Shown: positions 10,493-19,206 of the stretch, piece by piece
Position numbering within the stretch: position 1 is the stretch's first letter
How the letters are laid out: every line of letters begins with the position of its first letter
NCBI GenBank assembly: GCA_038845975.1
Contig: JAWBQF010000022.1
Span: 1-45,211, forward strand
Source: Candidatus Methanomethylicia archaeon
GTDB lineage: Archaea > Thermoproteota > Methanomethylicia > CALHIW01
Direction: 5' to 3'
DNA: 45,211 bases
Made by a program: the position numbers and the translations under genes
Notes under the pieces: generated by a model
Told to the model about the DNA's origin: nothing
Databases searched by the model: none
The model's input: only the letters and a program-made list of their open reading frames with translations

Positions 10493-12410
10493 AATAGGTT
10501 TAATTGGGCCTCCTAATTCCGGTAAGAGCACTATATTCAATAAACTTACGGGAGTATATCAAATAATTGGGAATTGGCCTGGTAAAACTGTAGAAACTTT
10601 AGAGAGGAAGGTAAAGTATAAAGGCAATTTCCTTCTACTTATAGATTTTCCAGGCATGCAAACTCTTACCCCAATAAGTATGGAGGAGAAGATCGCTATA
10701 AAATATATAATTGAAAATAAGCCGGATGTTATAATTCAAGTTGCAAGTGCAATCGATCTTGAAAGAAGCCTATATCTCTCCTTAGAATTGATCGAGCTCG
10801 GAGTACCTATTGTAGTAGCATTAAACCAGTTTGATGAAGCCGTAAAGCAGGGATTTGTAATAGATGCTGAAAAATTATCTGAAGTTCTCGGAGTACCAGT
10901 AATACCTACTATTGCTATAAAGGGAATAGGAATTGATAAGTTGATTGAGAAAGCCCTTGAACTAGCCCGTTCCAGAACAGGAATAGCATATAATGGTAGA
11001 AATATATATGAGGATATTAAATTACAAATAAATAAAGTAGTAAGTATAATTAGGAAGGTTTTACCTGAATACTACCCTCTAGAATGGATCTCACTTAGAC
11101 TTTTAGAGGAGGATCCATGGATTACCAATATGATAGTTAAGTTAGATCCTAAAGTGAAGGATATCCTAGAGGAGGAGAGGAAAGTTATTGAGAAGACTAC
11201 CGGTTTACCCCCCTCTATTCTTATGGTTAATAGAAGACGTTTACTTGCCGAAAGGATTGTAAGTCAGGTTAGGAAAGTTAAGCCAGTAGGTAAAAGTAAC
11301 TTCATTAAATTCCTAGATGTCTTTTCCACTTCTCTCTATGGATATTTCCTGCTAGCAATAGTTATGGCTACTGTTTTTACGGTAACATTTAGGGTAGGAT
11401 TACTTTTTAGGGATGTGATTAACTATATCTTTCTTGAAGTCTTTAACTACTTTTCATTCAAGACAAACAATATATTTCTAAATGCTGTATCGTCTGGAGT
11501 TCAACTATCCCTATTGGTAGGTTTAAGCTTTGTTATTCCTCTAGTTTTTCTATTTCACTTCTTCTTTTCTCTTTTAGAGGATAGCGGCTACCTGCCTCGA
11601 GCTGCCTTCCTAATGGATAAGGTTATGAGGAAAATAGGTTTAAACGGTAAAGCCTTCATACCTCTACTCTTAGGATATGGCTGTAGCGTACCTGCATGTG
11701 TAAGCTGTAGGATTTTAGATAGTGATAAGGAGAGATTTATATCCTCTCTAATAATAACTCTTATTCCATGCGCATCTAGGATGGTTATAGTTTATGGTTT
11801 AGTAGCTATTTATATTGGGCTAGTAAACGCGTTAACGATATATTTACTTAACTTAATTCTAGCTCTCTTAATGGGTATGATTGTAGGACGAATTGTTGGC
11901 CTACATCATGAATCAACTGGTCTATTAATGGTTTTACCTCCTTTCAGAATTCCCTCAATAGAAAATTCCCTCAAGAAGACTTGGATAAGAGCGAGAGACT
12001 TCATATATTTAGCTATTCCTATTATAGTTGTAGGTACTATTCTATTAAAGATATTGGAAATTGAGGGATTGATGGGATATTTAAATGTTTTATTTGACTC
12101 CTTATTTATGAGGGTATTCGGTTTACCAGGTTACACATTAAGTTTCCTTCTATTTGGTGCTATAAGAAAGGAGTTCGCCCTAGTATTTTTAATGACGACC
12201 ATGAACGGCAATCCCCTAAACTATTTATCCCAAAACCAGCTCATCATCTTTACATTAATTACATTATTCTACATACCATGTGTTGCAACAATTATTACCT
12301 TAATAAGAGAGCTTCAATTAAAAAGGACTTTAGTAATTATTGGAGTGAACCTTCTAGTAGCTATTACTATTGGATTCTGTGTTAACATAATTCTACGATT
12401 ATTAAGCTAG
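10485..12410 (+). CDS. feoB: FeoB-family metal transporter
   Basis: GPPNSGKST, GNWPGKTVE, DFPG, LEDSGYLPRAAFLMD, GYGCSVP and YIPCVAT motifs. Confidence 0.95.
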   Translation: MIRIGLIGPPNSGKSTIFNKLTGVYQIIGNWPGKTVETLERKVKYKGNFLLLIDFPGMQTLTPISMEEKIAIKYIIENKPDVIIQVASAIDLERSLYLSLELIELGVPIVVALNQFDEAVKQGFVIDAEKLSEVLGVPVIPTIAIKGIGIDKLIEKALELARSRTGIAYNGRNIYEDIKLQINKVVSIIRKVLPEYYPLEWISLRLLEEDPWITNMIVKLDPKVKDILEEERKVIEKTTGLPPSILMVNRRRLLAERIVSQVRKVKPVGKSNFIKFLDVFSTSLYGYFLLAIVMATVFTVTFRVGLLFRDVINYIFLEVFNYFSFKTNNIFLNAVSSGVQLSLLVGLSFVIPLVFLFHFFFSLLEDSGYLPRAAFLMDKVMRKIGLNGKAFIPLLLGYGCSVPACVSCRILDSDKERFISSLIITLIPCASRMVIVYGLVAIYIGLVNALTIYLLNLILALLMGMIVGRIVGLHHESTGLLMVLPPFRIPSIENSLKKTWIRARDFIYLAIPIIVVGTILLKILEIEGLMGYLNVLFDSLFMRVFGLPGYTLSFLLFGAIRKEFALVFLMTTMNGNPLNYLSQNQLIIFTLITLFYIPCVATIITLIRELQLKRTLVIIGVNLLVAITIGFCVNIILRLLS

Positions 12411-12439
12411 CTACACGAGTATTTTAACTTGTCGACAAA

Positions 12440-13175
12440 AGTCTCCTGTATAAGCTGAAGACGAAAGCTGATAAGCATTATAGTTGATTAGGAAGTCTCT
12501 AACTATGAGGTATGAGCTCGATAAGAGTTTCATTCAGTTTATACTCTATAGCATCACTTTATTCAAGTAAAATATTATAGACAAGTACCTGGAAGCGAAA
12601 AATTGTGGATTTTAAAGCAGAAAGCGAGGAAGTAAGTAGAAGCTTCGATGTAGAGATTCTAAGCATTAAGTACGAGAAGAATCATTTTCACATGATTTTC
12701 AAGGCTAAACCCACATTAGATATTCCGAAATACATCAACATAATAAGCAATAACATCAATAGAAACTCTTGAAGTAAAGGAAAAGCTTTAGAAAGGTTTC
12801 CTACTTTCCTATTACTGGAAGTTTTGAAAATTTACGTTAAGGAAAGGATAATGCTTAGCTATAAGTTTAGGCTCTACCCAAGAAAAACATGAAGAAAGGC
12901 TGCTGGAAACTTTGAAGTTGTATAGGCTAAATTCCTTCATTTGCTTAAATATAAGGCTAAAGCGCTAATGTTCAGGTTATAAAGGTAAGCCTAAGAGGTG
13001 CTTCTAGAAGGCTGAAATATAAAAATCCCATAAGGAATCGAATTTCCGACTATAGAATAAAGATGAGAGGTTGGGACAATCTGGATGCCTGTTAAAATGG
13101 GTTTCTCTGAAGAAAATACTCGTGAACTCTATTACTGAAGCAGGAAGAACATTGCGATAGCAAGGAATAGCTTGC
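12440..13175 (+). mobile_element. Decayed IS605-group element (tnpA pseudogene plus internally deleted tnpB)
   Basis: TnpA fragments HSVYTL and HFHMIFKAKPTLDIPKYIN (HuH); TnpB start MLSYKFRLYP at 12851 and LLKYKA; right-end-like gaagcaggaag..tagctt; ends approximate. Confidence 0.85.
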
Positions 13176-13628
13176 TTATTGCTGAATATGTTCTTACTTG
13201 GGAATTTGTTAACATTTTATGGACTTATCTTCGTACGCTAATTCTCTATTTACTAAGTGCTTAACAGGTTAGCATCGAATCTTTTCTTCATTGATACTCT
13301 TAAATTAGGAGGCATATGTTTAAACTTAATTTAACAACTTATAAGCTTAGAGGATGTTTAGGAGCGTATAACTGTTAATATTGGTGAAGTGGCATTCATA
13401 AGTGTTTAAAAGATATGTGGTAAAGAAATGATATGTTAAATACTTTGCTTTTAACATTGAAGCTAGGGAATTGTAGCTATGCATATTGCTATGAGCGATA
13501 TTATACACGACGAATTATTGTTAGAAAACTATTACGCTCTTGCATTCTAGTAAATGATGGCTTACTTATATTAGCCTGATCTATATCATGATGTTATTAT
13601 AAGTCCGATAGCAAGAGAATCAATTAAT

Positions 13629-13756
13629 GCTTTGTGGCTTAACTCTGAAATTTGCAAATTCAAGTTTACATAAAGTACGAAAAGCTTAATAAGCATTCCT
13701 ATAACCATAGTATTTAATGATATAGATTACGAGAAATGAATATTAAGCCACAAAGC
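13629..13756 (+). mobile_element. 128-bp MITE, copy 1
   Basis: 14-bp TIR GCTTTGTGGCTTAA; flanking direct repeat (t)caattaa; 126/128 identical to reverse complement of 36109-36236. Confidence 0.92.
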
Positions 13757-13937
13757 TCAATTAACCTATACTTAATTGTAGAAATGATAAAGTACACTAT
13801 TTGATTAGGGAACAAGAGCGAATGATTAAATTAAGAATACTGCAGTTCAGAACTATTAGAGTATCTCATGTATACCGTATTATCGTATTATTCTATAAAG
13901 CGATGAATTTATTAATAAATGAATGCTAGTAATAATT

Positions 13938-13994
13938 GGCAATGAAATCGCGAGCAGCATCTGAACAGTGATGAACCCAAGCTCACATTGAGCC
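13938..13994 (+). ncRNA. Candidate C/D-box guide sRNA
   Basis: GCAATGA(C)-15 nt-CTGA(D')-aca-GTGATGA(C')-13 nt-TTGA(D), ggc/gcc ends, locally GC-rich, TATA-like TTTATTAA about 30 nt upstream. Confidence 0.5.
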
Positions 13995-14364
13995 ATGATT
14001 ATAACTTACTCAATGTAGAAGAATCAATCTACATTTTATCCAATTCATAATGAAATATTTTATTAAATAGTGTTCAGATAAAAGAATATTTAAAGGCTAG
14101 AGGGCTTTTCTGTATGAATATATAGACACCATAATTATATTCAAGCTATTTCTTCTTTGATCTAAAGGAGTCTATTACCCAGATACTTATCATTCCTAAT
14201 TTTAGCTTCACTTGATAAATGCTATAAGAGTAAAGAGTTATTAGAACTGCCTCCCAGTTCTAAGCATGAATTATAAGGTAAGTACAGGGATTGGAGTACC
14301 GATTTATGGTTTTCATTAAGATTAAGTGAAGCTTCAAGGATAGGATGAGCTAACTATATGTGAG

Positions 14365-15279
14365 TTATTCTAGACTTATGAATTTTTTAATTTCTTCCCT
14401 ACTCGGTAGGTTTAATCCTCCGCCAAGCTTCTCTACTTTAAGTGCTCCTATAATGTTTGCTAGTTTGAGGGAATATTTTATATCTTTCTTCCTCATGAAT
14501 CCGTAGATAAATCCAGCATTAAATACATCTCCAGCTCCAGTAGTATCTATTGGTTTTCTAGCTATTGTCCCCTCCTCAATTATTTTGTCGTTATAGTGTA
14601 CTTGAGCTCCTCTTTCTCCCATCTTCACTACAAGTATTCCTTCTGATTTAAGCTTTTCAATTGGTTTTCCTATATGTTTTTCAATTAGTTTTAACTCATT
14701 AATATTTAGGAAGCATATCTTAATACTCTCCAGAATTTCTTTAATCTCTTCTACTGGTATTAGGTTGACTAGAGGGCTTACATCGAAGAATATATCTATT
14801 CCTCTATCTCTACATATCCTGAAGGCTTTATATACAGCTTCATTTTCATATCTTGATGATATTCTCGCTAAGCTATAGCCTGAGAAATACAATGCCCTAG
14901 TATTGAACATGTCTTCTCTTATGTCCTCAGGCTTTAGGAAAACTGTTTCCCTATCGAATAGGGATATGAATGATTTTCTTCCTTTATATGTTAGAACTAA
15001 ACATGCCTTGGTTAAACCTTTCTTAACAATTACGCTTTCAACATCTATATTCTCTTTTACCAATGCATTTCTGATCGTGTCCCCGCTTATATCGTTTCCT
15101 ACACATCCTACTGCCTTAACTTTTAATCCCAGTCTTGAAGCCATTATTAGGAAGTTACTTGATCCTCCTGGCTGTCTCTCGATTCTTAATGGAATTAACG
15201 CTGATTCCGGCTTTAAAGGTTTAGGTAGCTCCAATATTATGTCTAGGATTAAATCATTTACTGTAGTAACATCATACAT
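14365..15279 (-). CDS. PfkB/ribokinase-family kinase
   Basis: PGGSSN, VGCVGND..G, N..E, VKMGERGA and DTTGAGDVFNAGF motifs. Confidence 0.92.
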   Translation of the reverse strand: MYDVTTVNDLILDIILELPKPLKPESALIPLRIERQPGGSSNFLIMASRLGLKVKAVGCVGNDISGDTIRNALVKENIDVESVIVKKGLTKACLVLTYKGRKSFISLFDRETVFLKPEDIREDMFNTRALYFSGYSLARISSRYENEAVYKAFRICRDRGIDIFFDVSPLVNLIPVEEIKEILESIKICFLNINELKLIEKHIGKPIEKLKSEGILVVKMGERGAQVHYNDKIIEEGTIARKPIDTTGAGDVFNAGFIYGFMRKKDIKYSLKLANIIGALKVEKLGGGLNLPSREEIKKFISLE

Positions 15280-15769
15280 TGCCTAGCCTCCTTTTAATTG
15301 ATTGGAAGATTATTGATGCTAATATAACGTTTACATATGATGCTACCATAAGTGATGGTGTTAAAGCTACTGCAAGCCCGAGGCCGAAGAATGGAGAGAA
15401 TAAAAACCCTCCAAGACCATTAAAGGTTGCAGCTATAATTGTACCTATTACTAGTCCTTTAGGTAAGTAATCATACGACAACTTAAGTAGAGAAGTAGCC
15501 CCCATCATGAATAATGCTATAAGTATATGTAGGAATCCTAGAGGGAAACCCGCATTCATTGATGTAGCTATATGTCCTAGAGCAGCTATAACTACCCCCT
15601 CAATATATCCGAATGCTAGGATTGAAAAGTATCCTGGAAGTGAATCAAGAGCTACAGTTCCTGTAGGGCTTGGAATCTTTATGAATGATCCTATAACAGC
15701 CAGAGATGTAAATATAGCTATTCTAGCTATTCTAACTGTTTTATGTTTACTCTTCAATATACTTAGCAT
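15272..15769 (-). CDS. cblT: ECF S-component, CblT-like (alpha-ribazole transporter)
   Basis: IKIPSPTGTVALDSLPGYF..GH..GFPLG..H; hydrophobic; adjacent to the CblS-like gene. Confidence 0.75.
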   Translation of the reverse strand: MLSILKSKHKTVRIARIAIFTSLAVIGSFIKIPSPTGTVALDSLPGYFSILAFGYIEGVVIAALGHIATSMNAGFPLGFLHILIALFMMGATSLLKLSYDYLPKGLVIGTIIAATFNGLGGFLFSPFFGLGLAVALTPSLMVASYVNVILASIIFQSIKRRLGNV

Positions 15770-15826
15770 AAACTCTCATGTTTGAGATGGATAAATATTT
15801 TTCCAAGTGTATTACAGATGTAGTAC

Positions 15827-16786
15827 CTAAATTATTTCCCCTATGGCTATATATGGTTTAGCTATATGTTTTGAGATTTCACTAAGTCTATTCCTATCGA
15901 TTGCAGCTATTATTGATGTAGCTGGTCCAGCTGATCCTTGGAGGTTAAGCTTTACGTCATCATATATTTTAATGTTCCTACCAATGTATTTAGCGAGAAT
16001 ATATGCTTTACTTAACGCTCCATCACTATCTACAGGTATTACCTCATGGATAAAGGGGAGATCTAGAAGTTTTAGAAGCTCCTTTAAACTTGGAATTTCA
16101 CCATTTAGATCTGCCTTAACAACCTCGTATCCTACACATGGTCTTCCAAGCATAACTATAATATCTCCTACCTGAGCAGTTCCAATCTTCAGATTTCTCT
16201 CATAGGAGAAGCCAATAACATTTACTCCTACTCCTGTCTGTATGGTGTGGAAATTCTCCTCAGTATCTATGCTTAGAATCAATGGGTCTAGATATATTTT
16301 CATCATTTCAGACCTGATTCCCCTAACTATTTCAGCTCCAATAGGCTCCATCTCAACACATATTGATGCTGAAACATATATAGGCCAAGATCCTGTAGAT
16401 AGAATCTCCATTAATGCTGCTCTAGTTATAAGTCTACCTAGAGTGAATCCATCAACCTTAACCTCATCCATGGGTTTAGGTCCTACACCACCTGATGAAA
16501 TACATGTTAAAGATAGAGTCATGCCATTAGGAAATCTTATAAATGTACAATTCCCCCTCCTACTTATTGAGAGACTTGATGGAGATATCTTAAAGTTTGG
16601 AGTTAGAATACCTCCTATATTCCTAATCATTTCCAAATATGTTAATAATGCATACTTTAATATCTGTGATCTAGGTAATCCATAACGTTCAGATATGAAG
16701 TTAAGCTCACTTACAATTTCTTTAGAGAGACGACAGCTAAGAATTCTACTATTACTTATAGTTTTACTAGTTGATCCCCTCATCAT
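15827..16786 (-). CDS. Ribbon-helix-helix domain fused to a CblS-like (PurM-fold) domain
   Basis: N-terminal ILSCRLSKEIVSELNFISERYGLPRSQILKYAL; GGVGPK..D, ALMEILSTG, TEENF..QTG.GV, G.P.VG.EV and SAGPAT. Confidence 0.8.
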   Translation of the reverse strand: MMRGSTSKTISNSRILSCRLSKEIVSELNFISERYGLPRSQILKYALLTYLEMIRNIGGILTPNFKISPSSLSISRRGNCTFIRFPNGMTLSLTCISSGGVGPKPMDEVKVDGFTLGRLITRAALMEILSTGSWPIYVSASICVEMEPIGAEIVRGIRSEMMKIYLDPLILSIDTEENFHTIQTGVGVNVIGFSYERNLKIGTAQVGDIIVMLGRPCVGYEVVKADLNGEIPSLKELLKLLDLPFIHEVIPVDSDGALSKAYILAKYIGRNIKIYDDVKLNLQGSAGPATSIIAAIDRNRLSEISKHIAKPYIAIGEII

Positions 16787-17445
16787 ACTATTTTGTAATC
16801 ATTTACCTTAATATAAATATAATCATTTTCCCTTATTATGCTATGATTTAATACTTGAATTGATTTTCTATAAATTGGAGATCTTAACACGATTGTATGG
16901 TATTCTCCTTTTTCACCGCATGGATCAATATTTACTGAAGAGCAGTATTCTAGAAACTCATTAAGAAACTCCTTATTTATTGTTTTCCCCAACAGTTTTC
17001 CATTCAATTTATCTCTTACACCACATATTATAGCCTCTATTCCATCATTTACCTCCTCAATTAAGATGTTTTTTGACTTCTCTTCACCACCAACCCATAA
17101 TGGCTCCACGCATTTAATACCTATAGGGCTACATAGTTTTTCAAGCCAGTTATAATGATCAATTAAGTAAATATCTCCCCCCACTACAGCTTCCACCCCT
17201 AGCTTCACTAGTAATCCTCTTAGAAACTCTACCTCAACCCCCTTCCTTGGGGAGCATTCAATTAACGGTAAACCTATAAGTTTAGCTTCAACTCTAACAA
17301 CCTCAATGTTTAATGCATGAGGAGATACTCTAGGAAAATCATAATTACAATATATTAAATACTTAACATCTAACCCCATTTTTAAGGCCTTAAACAATGC
17401 ATAAATAGACTCCTTACCTCCTGAAAAGAAAGATGCTGAAATCAT
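16783..17445 (-). CDS. Dph6/diphthine-ammonia-ligase-like PP-loop ATPase
   Basis: FSGGKES, GDIYL..H..W, EPLW and DPCGEKGEYHT motifs. Confidence 0.85.
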   Translation of the reverse strand: MISASFFSGGKESIYALFKALKMGLDVKYLIYCNYDFPRVSPHALNIEVVRVEAKLIGLPLIECSPRKGVEVEFLRGLLVKLGVEAVVGGDIYLIDHYNWLEKLCSPIGIKCVEPLWVGGEEKSKNILIEEVNDGIEAIICGVRDKLNGKLLGKTINKEFLNEFLEYCSSVNIDPCGEKGEYHTIVLRSPIYRKSIQVLNHSIIRENDYIYIKVNDYKIV

Positions 17446-17570
17446 ATCTATCCCAACATATCTACTTCATATAGCATCTAATAAACTCTACTAAACATGA
17501 TTAACAGCTCAGTATATCTTCTAGTTATTGGATTCTTAATCTTTTCTATAGGATCCTTACGGGATTGCTA

Positions 17571-17850
17571 CAAAATATTTATGTTTTCACGGTTTATACT
17601 ACTTAACATTGCCGCTTCTCATCATATTTTTACTATCGTTCCTCTAATGTTTTAGCCATGTACTAAATCTTTCATTGCTATCCTCATTCTCTATAGCTTC
17701 CACATTATGGTATGTTCTCCTATTTCCAGGTTTATAGTATGTTGCTTAAAGCCATTATTTCTCAATCTGTTTTTATCCCATCAATATCATGCACTGAGTC
17801 TCCATGCTTAGGCTTATAATCAAGCTAGTGGTCGTCGAAGATATTGAGTC
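17571..17850 (-). repeat. Degenerate repeat, family A, long copy
   Basis: Colinear blocks shared with 23473-23740: caaaatattt, tatagcttcca.attat, tagtatgttgct, atgctta.gcttataatcaag. Confidence 0.7.
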
Positions 17851-18064
17851 ATGGCTGATTCATTTCCATTATCCTTAATGAATTGTCTTACCAAGATATT
17901 CTCATCGATAATTACCCATTAGATTACTAAATAACTCTAGTTATTGAGGATAATAGGGTGATAAGCCAATTAACTCATTAGAATTAGGACCTAGACAATT
18001 TTAGGTGTTCTTAGAATTCCTATACCTATTAAGAAAGTCTCCTAAGGATATATATGTTATTATA

Positions 18065-18816
18065 GAACTCATTGCAAAACTATTCAAGTTTTCCTCTTTA
18101 TTCTTTCTTCGTGGAGTTTCTGAGATTAGCGATGATGAATGGAAGCTTATTAAGTCCTTGCTTTCTCCTAGAATTAGTAGGCCTAGTGTTGATGATATGC
18201 TTGTTGAACGGTATTCTATACGTACTTATTACTGGTACAGATGGATATGTCTTCTAATTATGACATTACTCAACTTCAGGAGGCTTAAGAGGTGGAGGAG
18301 CTAGCGTTTGGAGCAAATACTTAACTTCTTAATATCTAAGGGTTACTTTAGGGTAAGCATAGATAAAGTTGTCGTCGATAGCAATTAGGGCTAGGAAAGG
18401 GGGTGCTTGTAGGCTATGATGGATATAAGCATATTAAGGATACGAAGATTCATGCTTTTGTATCGCCTGAATCCCTACCCTTAAGCCTTCAGGTTGGGCC
18501 AGGTAATGAGCATGATTCCAAACGCTTCGTAAAGCTCCTTGAGGATGTAAGGGTTAAGCATGGTAGACCTAGGAGTTATAGGAGACTCAGCATACGACAC
18601 TAAGAAGATTAGAGCACACCTTAGAATAGAGGAATCAAGGCAAACATAAATTTAACCCAGGGAGTAAGCCTAAACGTGGAAGACTATATGGATTTGATGA
18701 GAAGGCATATAAAAGCATTCAAAATAAACATAAGATATGAAAGGCTAGCATCAACATTCCCAGTATTCATACAGGTAACATGCATAATAATATACTTGAG
18801 GGTTTACAATGAGTTC
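18065..18816 (+). mobile_element. IS5-family element with decayed transposase
   Basis: TIR GAACTCATTG(C/T)AAA and TA duplication; fragments ISDDEW, LNGILYVL.TG, GYDG.K..TKIH, GNEHDS, GDSAYD and RYERLA. Confidence 0.9.
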
Positions 18817-18818
18817 TA

Positions 18819-18935
18819 TCATATTATAAGCAATCCATAACATATATGGAAGGAATACTATTGGCAATCATAATGGATAGAGACTAAACTTGAGGCTTAG
18901 TCTCTATAAAGATGATGGAACATCACGCTTTTATA
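18819..18935 (+). repeat. Repeat family B, copy 1 (internal 11-bp hairpin at 18877-18907)
   Basis: tcatattataagcaatccataacatatatgg..aatcataatggatag..aagatgatggaaca aligns to 24941-25035. Confidence 0.75.
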
Positions 18936-19206
18936 ACATCCGGATAAGCATCTTAACAACTGGGCGTGTCCAAAATTCATTCATAGAGCCACCTTACTAC
19001 AATCTTTAAGCTTCTATTAAGTTTGATGGGAGAAACGTTAGATTTTATGGTTAATAATACTATCATTAACGTAAGCTCTATGAGGAAGATTGTTTATGTT
19101 GCTTGAGCCATTATTGAGGTAAACTCTATACGTATATGTGATGTTACAAACATGCTTAAGTTCACAAAGCCCAAAAATAGGAAGAAAAGTTTAAATAGAA
19201 ACAGAC

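Noticed and set aside
13554-13608. C/D-box-like pattern ATGATGG..CTGA..ATGATGT..CCGA
   Set aside because: Three of four boxes are imperfect and the guides are very AT-rich; likely chance
14903-16685. Plus-strand ORFs opposite pfkB, cblT and cblS (and similar antisense ORFs elsewhere)
   Set aside because: Shadow frames of well-supported genes, with no motifs of their own
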